64,000 bases of DNA. It comes from Nitrospirota bacterium (GTDB taxonomy: Bacteria > Nitrospirota > JACRHL01). How positions within the stretch are numbered: position 1 is the first letter of the stretch; each line of letters starts with the position of its first letter. Of this stretch, positions 38,584 to 47,984 are shown one piece after another. A model generated the notes under the pieces. It was given only the letters and a program-made list of their open reading frames with translations, was not told the DNA's origin and made no database searches. Location of the stretch: assembly GCA_016212085.1 (NCBI GenBank), contig JACRHL010000018.1, positions 7,487 through 71,486 of the forward strand, written 5' to 3'. Both the position numbers and the translations under genes were made by a program.

Positions 38584-39428
38584 CAGCCCGCCGCCCGGGC
38601 GGCGGGGCGGAACCGGGCGGCCAGGCGCCGGGTGACCGGGCCCACGGTGCCGTTGCCGATGGTGGCGCCGTCGATGCGGGTGACGCCCAGCACCTCGATG
38701 GTGGTGCCGGTGAGGAACACCTCGTCCGCCGCCTGCAATTCGGCCAGGCTCAGGTCGCGCTCGTGCACCGTAAGCCCCAGGTCGCGCGCCACCTCCAGCA
38801 GGTAGGCGCGGCTCACGCCGGGCAGCAGGCGCGGGCCCAGGGGCGGGGTGACCAGGGCGCCGCCGATCACGCCGAACACGTTGCTGGACGAGCCCTCGCG
38901 CACGACGCCGTCGCCCACGAACAGGGCCTCGAACGCCCCCGCGTCCAGCGCCGCCTGGCGCGCCAGCACGTTGGGCAGCAGGTTGAGGGATTTCACGTCG
39001 CAGCGCGCCCAGCGGATGTCGGGCATGGAGATGGCGGCCACCCCCGCCCGCACCACGTCGGCGGGGAGGGGGTGGATCTCGGTGGCGGTGACCAGGGTGG
39101 TGGGGGGCACCGGCGGAAACGGGTGGTTGCGCGGCGCCACCCCGCGGGTGACCTGCACGTAGATCTTGGTCTCCGCATGGCCGGCCCTGGCCAGCACCGC
39201 GTCGATCCAGGCCGTGAGGGTCGCCCGTTCCCAGTTGGGCACGATGCGCACCTGGGACAGGCTCTGGTACAGCCGGTCCAGGTGGGCCTCCAGCCGGAAC
39301 GGCCTGGAGCCGTAGGTGCGGATGACCTCGTACACGCCGTCTCCGAACAGGAAACCGCGGTCGTTCACGGACACCTTGGCGTCGTTAAGTGGGGTGATGG
39401 TGCCGTTCAGGCAGGCGATATCCGGCAT
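38583..39428 (-). CDS. dat: D-amino acid aminotransferase (PLP fold type IV)
   Basis: DRGFLFGDGVYEV, QVTRGVAPRNH.FP, RWARCDVKSLNLLPNVL and EGSSSN motifs. Confidence 0.88.
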   Translation of the reverse strand: MPDIACLNGTITPLNDAKVSVNDRGFLFGDGVYEVIRTYGSRPFRLEAHLDRLYQSLSQVRIVPNWERATLTAWIDAVLARAGHAETKIYVQVTRGVAPRNHPFPPVPPTTLVTATEIHPLPADVVRAGVAAISMPDIRWARCDVKSLNLLPNVLARQAALDAGAFEALFVGDGVVREGSSSNVFGVIGGALVTPPLGPRLLPGVSRAYLLEVARDLGLTVHERDLSLAELQAADEVFLTGTTIEVLGVTRIDGATIGNGTVGPVTRRLAARFRPAARAAG

Positions 39429-39483
39429 GGTGTGTTTCTGGGCTTGGGTTGAAGGCAAACGACAATGCCGCCGGGGGGCGGAC

Positions 39484-41187
39484 TCAGGCGGGGATGTCCA
39501 CCCCTCTCCGGGCCAGGGCCTCGAAGCGCCGCGACGGCATGGGCCGGCCCAGCAAATAGCCCTGGATGTGGCGGCACCCCTCCCGGCGCAGGGCGGAAAG
39601 CTGCTCGCGGGTTTCGACCCCCTCGGCGACGATGGTCAGCGACAGACCGTGCGCCAGGGCGATGATGGCGCGGGCGATGGCCGCGTCCTCCGGGTTGTGG
39701 GCGATGTCCTTCACGAAGCTGCGGTCGAGCTTGAGGGTGTCCGCCGGGATGCGCTTCAGGTAGCTGAGCGACGAGTAGCCGGTGCCGAAGTCGTCGATGG
39801 AGATGCCGATACCCATCTTCTTCAGGTCGGCCAGGGTGTCGTGGTTGCTGCGGGTGCTTTCCAGTACCGTGCCTTCGGTGATCTCGAGGGACAGGGCGGC
39901 GGGTTCCAGGCGCGCCGCTTCCAGCGCGTCGGCCACCATGCTCACCAGGTTGCTCTGCCGGAACTGGCGGGCGGACAGGTTGACCACCATGCGCATGCCG
40001 CCCAGGCCCTTGTCGCGCCAGGCCTGGGCCTGGGCGCAGGCGGTGCGTAGCACCCACTCGCCGATGGGCACGATGAGGCCGGTCTCCTCCGCCAGCCAGA
40101 TGAACTGGCCGGGGGCCATCAGCCCCAGTTGCGGGTGGTGCCAGCGCAGCAGCGCCTCGATGCCGGTGATGGCGCCGGTGGTCAGATCCACCTGAGGCTG
40201 GTAGTAGAGCACGAACTCGTTGCGCTCCAGGGCCTGGCGCATGGCCGTCTCCAGGCGCAGCCGCTCCACCGCCGGCGCCTGCATGTCGGGAAGGTAGACC
40301 TGGAAGCTGTTGTTGCCGTGCCCCTTGGCCTTGGCCAGGGCGGACTCGGCGTTCTTCAGCAGGGCCCCCGCGTCGGCGGGCCCGTCGGCGGAGCAGACCA
40401 CGCCCAGGCTGGCGCTCACGTAGAACTCGTGGCGGCCCACCTGGAACGGGCGCGAGATCACCGCCAGGATCTCCTGGGCGGCGGCCCGCGCCTGGTCATG
40501 GTCGGCCACGTCGGCGAGCAGCAGGGCGAACTCGTCGTCGCCCAGGCGGCCCACCTCGTCGCGGGTGCGGGTGTGCCACTCCAGGCGCGCGGCCACGGCG
40601 GCCAGCAGCTTGTCGCCCGCCTGATGGCCCAGGGAGTCGTTGATGGCCTTGAAGCGGTCCAGATCCAGCAGCACCAGGGCGAACGGGGCGCCGTCGGCCA
40701 GGGCGCGCTCGATGCGGTCGCGGAAGGCGTGGCGGTCGGACAGGCCGGTAACGGCGTCGCGCCGGGTCTGGTCGGCCACGTGCGCCTGCACCCGGTTGCG
40801 CTCCATGGCCTGGCGCATGCGCGCCAGGGAGATGGCGTTGCCCGGTGCCTTGATGAGGTAATCCTCCGCCCCGGCGTCCAGGGCGGCCAGGGCGGTGCCC
40901 TCGTCGCCCTGGACGCCCAGGGCGACCACCGGCAGGCCGGGCAGGGCGGCCTGGGCCTTGGCCAGGCCGGCGAGGCCCGCCGCGCCGGGCAGGGTCATGT
41001 CGAACAGCAGGATGTCGAACGCCTCGGTCCTGGCGCGGGCCACGGCCTCGTCCAGGGTGCCGACGCGGATCAGGTTGAAGCGGTCCGCGTCCTCCCACCA
41101 GAACATGTCGCGCACCAGCAGCACGTCTTCCGGATCGTCCTCGATCAGCAGCACCTTGATGACCGCCGGCTGTAGCATGTGCTTCAT
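39484..41187 (-). CDS. REC-GGDEF-EAL response regulator, probable c-di-GMP phosphodiesterase
   Basis: LLIEDD...LFDMTLP receiver domain; GGDEF site reads GDDEF; EALLRW and DDFGTGYSSL intact. Confidence 0.9.
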   Translation of the reverse strand: MKHMLQPAVIKVLLIEDDPEDVLLVRDMFWWEDADRFNLIRVGTLDEAVARARTEAFDILLFDMTLPGAAGLAGLAKAQAALPGLPVVALGVQGDEGTALAALDAGAEDYLIKAPGNAISLARMRQAMERNRVQAHVADQTRRDAVTGLSDRHAFRDRIERALADGAPFALVLLDLDRFKAINDSLGHQAGDKLLAAVAARLEWHTRTRDEVGRLGDDEFALLLADVADHDQARAAAQEILAVISRPFQVGRHEFYVSASLGVVCSADGPADAGALLKNAESALAKAKGHGNNSFQVYLPDMQAPAVERLRLETAMRQALERNEFVLYYQPQVDLTTGAITGIEALLRWHHPQLGLMAPGQFIWLAEETGLIVPIGEWVLRTACAQAQAWRDKGLGGMRMVVNLSARQFRQSNLVSMVADALEAARLEPAALSLEITEGTVLESTRSNHDTLADLKKMGIGISIDDFGTGYSSLSYLKRIPADTLKLDRSFVKDIAHNPEDAAIARAIIALAHGLSLTIVAEGVETREQLSALRREGCRHIQGYLLGRPMPSRRFEALARRGVDIPA

Positions 41188-41290
41188 CGTGACCTTGCCC
41201 GTGGGGGTGGGAGGGAGCGGCGCCCGTGCGGGCATATTATAGGAACCGGGCGACCCGACGCCAGCGCCCGAAAAAGGGCCTCCGTGGGCG

Positions 41291-41319
41291 TTGACAGGCC
41301 GTGCCGTCCACCGTACAAT
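41291..41319 (+). promoter_or_regulatory. Sigma70 promoter of tRNA-Leu
   Basis: TTGACA (41291-41296), 17-nt spacer, TACAAT (41314-41319). Confidence 0.8.
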
Positions 41320-41355
41320 TCCGCCTTCGTCGGCTGCCGCCGGCGCACCCTTCGC

Positions 41356-41442
41356 GCGGGAGTGGTGAAATTGGTAGACACGCTAGATTCAGGTTCTAGT
41401 CGGGGAAACCCGGTGGGAGTTCGAGTCTCCCCTTCCGCACCA
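41356..41442 (+). tRNA. tRNA-Leu(CAG)
   Basis: Acceptor stem GCGGGAG/CTTCCGC, anticodon arm CTAGA-TTCAGGT-TCTAG, long variable arm, GTTCGAGTC and encoded CCA. Confidence 0.96.
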
Positions 41443-41450
41443 TGGTTTTG

Positions 41451-41492
41451 AAAGGCCCGTTCACCATCTGGGTGGGCGGGCCTTTCGCGTTT
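41451..41492. terminator. Hairpin terminator between tRNA-Leu and the convergent DUF192 gene
   Basis: aaaggcccgttcacc / ggtgggcgggccttt inverted repeat (with G-U pairs). Confidence 0.65.
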
Positions 41493-41560
41493 GGGGCGGC
41501 GCATGGCGCCCGGCCGTCCGGCGCACGGGCAGGCGTGGGCGGGGCGGCCGGGCGGTTGCC

Positions 41561-42031
41561 TCAGGGCATGGCGGGCAGCAACGGCCCCAGCCGCAGCGCG
41601 TCGCCCTCGACCACGCCGAACCGCTCCAGCCAGCCCGCCGTACCCTCCACGAAGTGCCGGGCAGGGGTGTCCGGCCCGTAGACGGGGCACGGCTCGCCGA
41701 CGCACGGCGGCACGCTTTCCAGGGTGGCCACCACCCGGCCCGCCGGGTCCAGCCAGGCCACATCCAGCGAGAAGCGGCAGTTCTTCATCCAGATCTTGCG
41801 CACGCCGTCCGCCTCGTAGAGGAACAGCATCAGGCGGTCGTCGGGAAAGCCGGGGCGGAACATCATGCCGCGGGCGCGGTCGGCGGGGGCGCGCATCACC
41901 TCGGCCAGCACGGGCCGGCCGCCGGGCAGGGACAGCCACATCCACTCGGCGGCCCCGGCGGGCGCGGCCCAGAGCAGCCACCCCAGGCACGCCAGCGCCC
42001 GCAGCGGGGGGATGGCGGCCGCACGGGCCAT
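41561..42031 (-). CDS. DUF192-family exported protein
   Basis: Signal peptide; RARGMMFR, MLF, IWMKN.RFSLDV.W and PC...PCPVY motifs. Confidence 0.85.
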   Translation of the reverse strand: MARAAAIPPLRALACLGWLLWAAPAGAAEWMWLSLPGGRPVLAEVMRAPADRARGMMFRPGFPDDRLMLFLYEADGVRKIWMKNCRFSLDVAWLDPAGRVVATLESVPPCVGEPCPVYGPDTPARHFVEGTAGWLERFGVVEGDALRLGPLLPAMP

Positions 42032-42036
42032 GGGGG

Positions 42037-43041
42037 CTATTGCAGCCCCTTGGCGATCTCTTCGTAGCGGGCCACCTCGGCCCGGTTGCCGACGATCACC
42101 GGCGTGCGCTGGTGCAGGTCGGTGGGCACGATCTCCATGATGCGGCCGGTGCCGTGGGAGGCCCAGCCGCCCGCCTGCTCCGCCAGGAACGCCATGGGGT
42201 TGGCCTCCACCAGCAGGCGCAGCTTGCCGTTGGGCTTGTTGGGGTCCTTCAGGTCCTTGGGATAGAGGAACACGCCGCCGTCGATCAGGTTGCGGTGGAA
42301 GTCCGCCACCATGGCGCCGATGTAGCGGTGGCCGAACGGCCGCTTGGGCTTGTCGCCGATGCCCTTCACGAACTCGATGTAGCGCCGCGTGACCTCGTCC
42401 CAGTAGGCGGCGTTGCCCTCGTTGACGCTGTAGTACTTGCAGCGGTCGGGAAAGCGCACCAAGTTGTGGGACAGCACGAACTCGCCCACCGTCGGGTCCA
42501 GCGTGAAGCCGTGCACGCCGAAGCCGGTGGAATAGACCAGCACCGTGGATGAGCCGTACATCACGTAGCCGGCGGCAAGCTGGTTCACCCCCGCTTGCAG
42601 GCAGTCGAAGGATTGCGCCACCCGCCCGTCGCTCTTCTTGGGCAGGATGGAAAAGATGGTGCCGATGCTGGCGTTCACCCCGATGTTGCCGGAACCGTCC
42701 AGGGGGTCCATGTTGACCACGTACTTGCCGGCCCAGCGCTCGTCGACGATGATCGGCTCGGCGTTCTCCTCGGAGCCGATGGCGCACACCCGGCCGCTGT
42801 GGGACAGCATGTTGATGAGCAGCTCGTTGGAGAACACGTCCAGCTTCTGGACCTGCTCGCCCTGCACGTTGGTGTCGCCGGTGGCGCCGATGATGTCGTT
42901 GATGCCGGCGCGGCGCACCTCGCGGGAGATGACCTTGGCGGCCACGGCGATGTCGTGCAGCAGGTTCGAGAAGGTGCCGGAGGTGGGGCCGAGCTTGCGC
43001 TCCTCCTCGATGATATGCCGCTCGATGGTTTTCAGCATCAC
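42037..43041 (-). CDS. fbp: Fructose-1,6-bisphosphatase class I
   Basis: NVQGEQVQKLD, SEE, DPLDGSGN, RYIGAMVAD and GKLRLLVEANP motifs. Confidence 0.95.
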   Translation of the reverse strand: MMLKTIERHIIEEERKLGPTSGTFSNLLHDIAVAAKVISREVRRAGINDIIGATGDTNVQGEQVQKLDVFSNELLINMLSHSGRVCAIGSEENAEPIIVDERWAGKYVVNMDPLDGSGNIGVNASIGTIFSILPKKSDGRVAQSFDCLQAGVNQLAAGYVMYGSSTVLVYSTGFGVHGFTLDPTVGEFVLSHNLVRFPDRCKYYSVNEGNAAYWDEVTRRYIEFVKGIGDKPKRPFGHRYIGAMVADFHRNLIDGGVFLYPKDLKDPNKPNGKLRLLVEANPMAFLAEQAGGWASHGTGRIMEIVPTDLHQRTPVIVGNRAEVARYEEIAKGLQ

Positions 43042-43061
43042 CGTGCCAATCCTTTATCCGG

Positions 43062-43553
43062 TCAGCGGAAGTTGTTGAATTGCAGGGGCAGGCCGTAGTC
43101 GCCGGCCTTGAGCATGGTGATCACGGCCTGGAGGTCGTCGCGTTTCTTGCCCGACACCCGCACCGATTCGCCCTGAACCGCCGCCTGCACCTTGATTTTC
43201 AGGTTCTTGATGTCCTTGACGACCTGCTTCGCCTTGTCCGCCGGGATGCCTTGCCGGAGCTTGACGCGCTGGCGCACGGTGCCGCCGGTGGCGGGCTCCA
43301 GCGGCTGAAAGTCGAACGCCTTCAGGGAGATGCCGCGCTTCACGGCGCGCTCCTCCAGCACGCGGATCACGCCTTGCAGCTTGCCGGCGTCCTCCGACAC
43401 CAGGACGAGCTCGTCCTTCTCCAGGGAGATGGCGCTGATGCTGCCCTTGAAATCGAAGCGCTGGCGGATCTCCTTCATGGCCTGGTCCACCGCGTTGGCG
43501 ACCTCGGGCATGGCGAGTTCCGAGACAATATCGAACGAGTTGTCGTCTGCCAC
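43062..43553 (-). CDS. yajQ: YajQ-family nucleotide-binding protein
   Basis: SFDIVSE, RFDFKG, RVSGKKRDDLQ and LQFNNFR motifs. Confidence 0.95.
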   Translation of the reverse strand: MADDNSFDIVSELAMPEVANAVDQAMKEIRQRFDFKGSISAISLEKDELVLVSEDAGKLQGVIRVLEERAVKRGISLKAFDFQPLEPATGGTVRQRVKLRQGIPADKAKQVVKDIKNLKIKVQAAVQGESVRVSGKKRDDLQAVITMLKAGDYGLPLQFNNFR

Positions 43554-43582
43554 GGCGGCCTCCTATAACGTGAGGGCCCCGT

Positions 43583-43672
43583 CTACCACATCACCAGGAC
43601 GGTGGCCAACGCCAGGGCGCCGGTGAGCAGCAGCAGGCCGATGGTCCAGGTCTTGAGCGGCATGTCACCCAT
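43583..43672 (-). CDS. Putative 29-aa single-TM small protein
   Basis: MGDMPLKTWTIGLLLLTGALALATVLVMW; AAGGAG 6 nt upstream; GC3-biased codons. Confidence 0.6.
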   Translation of the reverse strand: MGDMPLKTWTIGLLLLTGALALATVLVMW

Positions 43673-43762
43673 GAAAAACTCCTTGTGCGTTGCGAGAGGG
43701 GCGCATACGGGCGCACCGGCCGGGCGCCGGGGGCACGCGCGCCTAGTGCATGAAACCAAGGA

Positions 43763-43792
43763 ATTATAAGGAGGGTGGCGGGGCCGTCGCAA
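43763..43792 (-). promoter_or_regulatory. Promoter upstream of the small ORF and yajQ
   Basis: Minus strand TTGCGA, 18-nt spacer, TATAAT (43768-43763). Confidence 0.5.
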
Positions 43793-43802
43793 CCGGCCTT
43801 GG

Positions 43803-44510
43803 TTACCAGAATGCCCAATTGGCCGTGGCCAGCACCCAGACCCCGAGCAGCAGGTTCGTCACCCCGTGGGCCACGATCACCACCGGCAGGTTGCGGGTGA
43901 CGCACAGCAGGGCGCCGTAGGCGGCACCGGCCATGATGCCCGCCAGCCACAGGTGGTGTTCCAGCCCGAACAGCACGGCGGTGATGGCGAAGCTGGCCGG
44001 GGTGAAGGCGCCCAGGGGCACGTTGTGGAAGTCCGGCCGCACCAGGTAGCGCATCACGAAGGCGCGCCAGAACAGCTCCTCGAACACGGGCACCACCAGC
44101 GCCGCCCCCGCCAGGCGGATGGCGATCAGCGGCAGGGCGGCGGCGGCGCCCAGGGCGGCGGCGTGGGGGTCGTACCCCTCGGCGCCGCCCTGGGTGGCGA
44201 ACGGCCAGTCCATGCGGATCCACAGCAGGAACACCGCCGTCCCCACCGCGACCGCCAGCGGCCAGTCCCGGCCCGGCCGGGCGGGCGCGCGGAATTCCGC
44301 GTAGCGGTGGCGGAAGCGCCACAACAGCAGGACCACCACGCCCACCTTGAGGGGGTACAGCCAGAGGTGGTCCGCCGCCGCCAGGGCCGCCAGGGCCGGC
44401 AGCGCTCCGGCGGCCGTCTCCAGCAGCCCCTCCAGGGCGATGAAGCCCATGTAGGCGGCGAACGGCAGCACGTAGGGCGGCCAGGGACGGGTGGCGGGGA
44501 CGGGGGTCAT
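43803..44510 (-). CDS. CAAX prenyl protease-related (CPBP/Abi) intramembrane protease
   Basis: PVFEELFWRAF, FGLEH and AHGVTN motifs; N-terminal PYVLPFAAYM. Confidence 0.88.
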   Translation of the reverse strand: MTPVPATRPWPPYVLPFAAYMGFIALEGLLETAAGALPALAALAAADHLWLYPLKVGVVVLLLWRFRHRYAEFRAPARPGRDWPLAVAVGTAVFLLWIRMDWPFATQGGAEGYDPHAAALGAAAALPLIAIRLAGAALVVPVFEELFWRAFVMRYLVRPDFHNVPLGAFTPASFAITAVLFGLEHHLWLAGIMAGAAYGALLCVTRNLPVVIVAHGVTNLLLGVWVLATANWAFW

Positions 44511-44644
44511 GCGGACCACCATAGCGCACCGGCCCGCAAAATGCCGCCTCCAATGTGGGCACGGGGCGCCGACAAGGCGCACCCGGTTCGTGTATCCTAG
44601 GGGACCGCTCTTGCGGGTGCCCGATCCACAATAAACCTGCTGCC

Positions 44645-47017
44645 GTGCGATTCAATCCCTTCTCATCCGCCCTGTCCAAGCTCCTTCGGCACAAAATTCT
44701 GATCCGCCTGCTCGTCGTGGCGGGGGTGCTCGGGGTGGTCGGCGTGGTGGCCGTGGCCGGGGCGGTCTGGAAGCTCTCCCACGACCTGCCGGACATCTCG
44801 CACCTCAAGAGTTATTCGCCCAGCTCCGTCACCCGCATCTACGACATCAACAACGATCTGCTGGGCGAGTATTACAACGAGCGGCGCGAGTACGTGCCCC
44901 TCGAGCGCATTCCCGCCCACCTGATCCACGCGGTGCTGGCGGTGGAGGACTCGCGCTTCTATTCCCACATCGGCGTGGATGTGGTGCGCATCGGTGGCGC
45001 GGTGGTGGCCAACTTCGTCCAGGGGGGGTTCAGCCAGGGCGGCAGCACCATCACCCAGCAGCTCGCCCGCACCCTGTTCCTGTCGCGCGAGAAGACCCTG
45101 TCGCGCAAGCTGAAGGAGGCGATCCTGTCGATCCGGATGGAGCAACTGCTCACCAAGGATCGCATCCTCGAGCTGTACCTGAACGAGATCTACCTGGGCA
45201 ACGGCGCCTACGGCGTGGAGGCGGCGGCGCAGGCCTATTTCGGCAAGGGCGTCGACCAGATCACCCTGCCCGAGGCGGCCTTCCTGGCCGGCCTGCCCAA
45301 GGCGCCGAGCCGCTACACCCCCTATGCCGACCCCAAGGCCGCCAAGCAGCGCCAGGGGGTGGTGCTGCGGCGCATGGTGGACGAGGGGGCGATCCCCTGG
45401 GCCGACTACCAGGCGGCCTACGCGGCGGACCTGTCGTTCCGGCGCCCCCAGTCGGCGGCGCGCAGCGCCCCCTACGTGCTGGAGGAGGTGCGCCAGCACC
45501 TGGCGGCCCGCTACGGCAACGGCGCCGTGTACAACGGCGGCCTGTCGGTCTACACCGCCATCGACGGCGCCATGCAGGAGGCCGCGGAACTGGCCGTCAA
45601 GCACGGCCTGCGCGAGCTGGACAAGCGCCAGGGCTGGCGCGGCGTGATCGGCACCCTCGGCCCCGCGAAGGTGTCCCGGCTGCGCTCCAAGGCGCCGCGC
45701 GCCCGCATCCACACCGACCTGGTCCCGGAAAACATCTACGAGGCGGTGGTCCTGGAGGTCTTCCCCGACCAGGTCACCGTGCTGGTGGAGGGGCGCGAGG
45801 GCACCCTTTTCGCCACCGACATGCAGTGGGCGCGGCGCCGCCTGAACGGCCCCGACATCAAGAACGACGTGGTGGTCCACCCGACCTTCGACCCGCAGCA
45901 CCAGCTGGCCCCCGGCGACATGATCCACGTGGGCCTGAAAACCATCAGCCCGCTCACCTTCCGCCTGGAGCAGGTGCCGGTGGCCCAGGCGGCGCTGGTG
46001 GCGCTGGACCCGGCCACCGGCGAGGTGCGCGCCATGGTGGGCGGGTACGACTTCGGCATCAGCCAGTTCAACCGGGCCGTGTCCGCCAAGCGCCAGCCCG
46101 GTTCCGCCTTCAAGCCCGTCGTGTACGCGGCGGCGTTCGACCGGGGATACGGCCCGGCGTCGATCATGATGGACACGCCGCTGGTGTTCCGCGACGCCAC
46201 CGGCGTGGTGTGGAAGCCGGAAAACTACGAGATGGACTTCTCCGGCCCCATCTCCCTGCGCAACGCGCTGGTGCACTCGCGCAACGTGGCCACCATCAAG
46301 CTGGTGCAGGAAATGGGCGTGCGCCCGGTGCAGCAGTTCGCGCGCCGGGTGGGCATCAATTCCGAGCTGGCCAGCAACCTGTCGCTGTCGCTGGGCTCGT
46401 CGAGCGTGAGCGTGATGGAACTGACCCGCGCCTACGCGGTGTTCGCCTCCGGCGGCCAGCGCGCCGAGCCCTACCTGATCCGCCGCGTGGTGGACCGGGA
46501 CGGTACCCTGCTGGAAGGCGCCGAGCCGCAGGTGAAGCGGGTGGTCAGCGAGGAGACCGCGTACCTCATCACCAACGTCATGGAGGACGTGATCCGCGAC
46601 GGCACCGGCCGCAAGGCGCGCGCCCTCAAGGCGCACATCGGCGGCAAGACCGGCACCACCAACAACTTCACCGATGCCTGGTTCGTGGGTGCCAGCCCCA
46701 ACCTGGCGGTGGGGGTGTGGGTGGGCATGGACAACCACACGCCGCTGGGGATCAGGGAGACCGGCGCCCGCGCCGCCCTGCCCATCTGGGTCGAGTTCAT
46801 GCGCACCGCCTTGCAGCAGGTGCCCGACACGCCGTTCAACATCCCCAAGGGCATCGTCTACGCCCGCATCGACCCGCGCACCGGCCTGCTGGCCCAGGAC
46901 GGCGAGGGGGGGGTGGTGGAGGTGTTCGCCCGGCGCAATAAACCCAAACGCGCGGCCCGCTCCGAGGTGGCGTTCGAGGAATTCGTCGAGATGGACAAGG
47001 CCCCGCGCCAGCGCTAA
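44645..47017 (+). CDS. mrcA: Penicillin-binding protein 1A (bifunctional transglycosylase/transpeptidase)
   Basis: EDSRFYSH.G, GGSTITQQL, RKLKE, QPGSAFKP (SxxK), SRN and KTGT motifs. Confidence 0.92.
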   Translation: MRFNPFSSALSKLLRHKILIRLLVVAGVLGVVGVVAVAGAVWKLSHDLPDISHLKSYSPSSVTRIYDINNDLLGEYYNERREYVPLERIPAHLIHAVLAVEDSRFYSHIGVDVVRIGGAVVANFVQGGFSQGGSTITQQLARTLFLSREKTLSRKLKEAILSIRMEQLLTKDRILELYLNEIYLGNGAYGVEAAAQAYFGKGVDQITLPEAAFLAGLPKAPSRYTPYADPKAAKQRQGVVLRRMVDEGAIPWADYQAAYAADLSFRRPQSAARSAPYVLEEVRQHLAARYGNGAVYNGGLSVYTAIDGAMQEAAELAVKHGLRELDKRQGWRGVIGTLGPAKVSRLRSKAPRARIHTDLVPENIYEAVVLEVFPDQVTVLVEGREGTLFATDMQWARRRLNGPDIKNDVVVHPTFDPQHQLAPGDMIHVGLKTISPLTFRLEQVPVAQAALVALDPATGEVRAMVGGYDFGISQFNRAVSAKRQPGSAFKPVVYAAAFDRGYGPASIMMDTPLVFRDATGVVWKPENYEMDFSGPISLRNALVHSRNVATIKLVQEMGVRPVQQFARRVGINSELASNLSLSLGSSSVSVMELTRAYAVFASGGQRAEPYLIRRVVDRDGTLLEGAEPQVKRVVSEETAYLITNVMEDVIRDGTGRKARALKAHIGGKTGTTNNFTDAWFVGASPNLAVGVWVGMDNHTPLGIRETGARAALPIWVEFMRTALQQVPDTPFNIPKGIVYARIDPRTGLLAQDGEGGVVEVFARRNKPKRAARSEVAFEEFVEMDKAPRQR

Positions 47018-47029
47018 AATTACCGGCTT

Positions 47030-47977
47030 ATGTTCGGGCCGATCCGCACAGGCGAGGGGAACGGCCGGCTGCCCCGCTGGGTCACCGGCAAGCCCGCGCC
47101 CCTGGGCGCCGGGCACGAAGTCCGGGCGCGCTTGCGCGGGGCGGGCCTGGCGAGCGTTTGCGAGGAGGCGCGCTGCCCCAACCTGGCCGATTGCTTCGGG
47201 CGCGGGGTGGCCACCTTCATGATCCTGGGCGACACCTGCACCCGCCGGTGCGGCTTTTGCGCCGTGGCCCACGGCGCGCCGGCGCCGCCGGACGCGGACG
47301 AACCGGCGCGGCTGGCCGGCGCGGCCCTGGGCATGGGCCTCCGCCACGTGGTGGTGACCTCCGTGGACCGGGACGACCTGGCCGACGGCGGGGCGGCCCA
47401 TTTCGCGGCCACCGTGGCGGCCTTGCGGGCCACGCTGCCGGCGGCCACGGTGGAGGTGCTCACGCCCGATTTCGGCGGGCGCGGGGAATCGGTCGACAGG
47501 GTGGCGGACGCGCGGCCCGCGGTCTACAACCACAACCTGGAGACGGTCGCCCGCCTCCAGTCGGTGGCGCGGCCGGACGGGGACTACCGGCGCTCGCTGG
47601 CGGTGCTGGCGCGGGTCAAGGCGCGCCACCCGCGCATGTGGGTCAAGTCCGGCCTCATGGCCGGCCTGGGCGAGACCGATGCCGAGCTGGACGCCGCCTT
47701 CCGCCACCTGCGGGACGCGGGGTGTGACCTGCTCACCCTGGGGCAGTACCTGCGGCCTGGGCGGGATCAACTCCCGGTGGCGCGCTACCTGGAGCCGGCG
47801 GATTTCGCCCGCCTCAAGGCGCGGGCGCTCGAGATGGGTTTCGCGCACGTGGCGGCGGGGCCGCGGGTGCGCAGTTCGTTCAACGCGGGGCCGGTGCTGG
47901 CGGCGTTGGCGGGGGCAAGCAACAACCTTTTTGGGCGCGCCAGGGGCATGCACCCGGGGGCGCCGGAAAACGGATAA
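47030..47977 (+). CDS. lipA: Lipoyl synthase
   Basis: [33 protein letters not shown] and VRSS motifs. Confidence 0.94.
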   Translation: MFGPIRTGEGNGRLPRWVTGKPAPLGAGHEVRARLRGAGLASVCEEARCPNLADCFGRGVATFMILGDTCTRRCGFCAVAHGAPAPPDADEPARLAGAALGMGLRHVVVTSVDRDDLADGGAAHFAATVAALRATLPAATVEVLTPDFGGRGESVDRVADARPAVYNHNLETVARLQSVARPDGDYRRSLAVLARVKARHPRMWVKSGLMAGLGETDAELDAAFRHLRDAGCDLLTLGQYLRPGRDQLPVARYLEPADFARLKARALEMGFAHVAAGPRVRSSFNAGPVLAALAGASNNLFGRARGMHPGAPENG

Positions 47978-47984
47978 GGGGTCT

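Noticed and set aside
41356..41560. tRNA-Leu as an integration site
   Set aside because: No integrase and no duplicated tRNA 3' end seen. It is followed directly by a terminator and a housekeeping gene.
137..44510. Dispersed RiPP pathway (methyltransferase with RRE-like tail, TldD, CAAX protease, small ORF)
   Set aside because: The genes are spread over more than 40 kb among housekeeping operons, with no clustered precursor or hallmark modifying enzyme.
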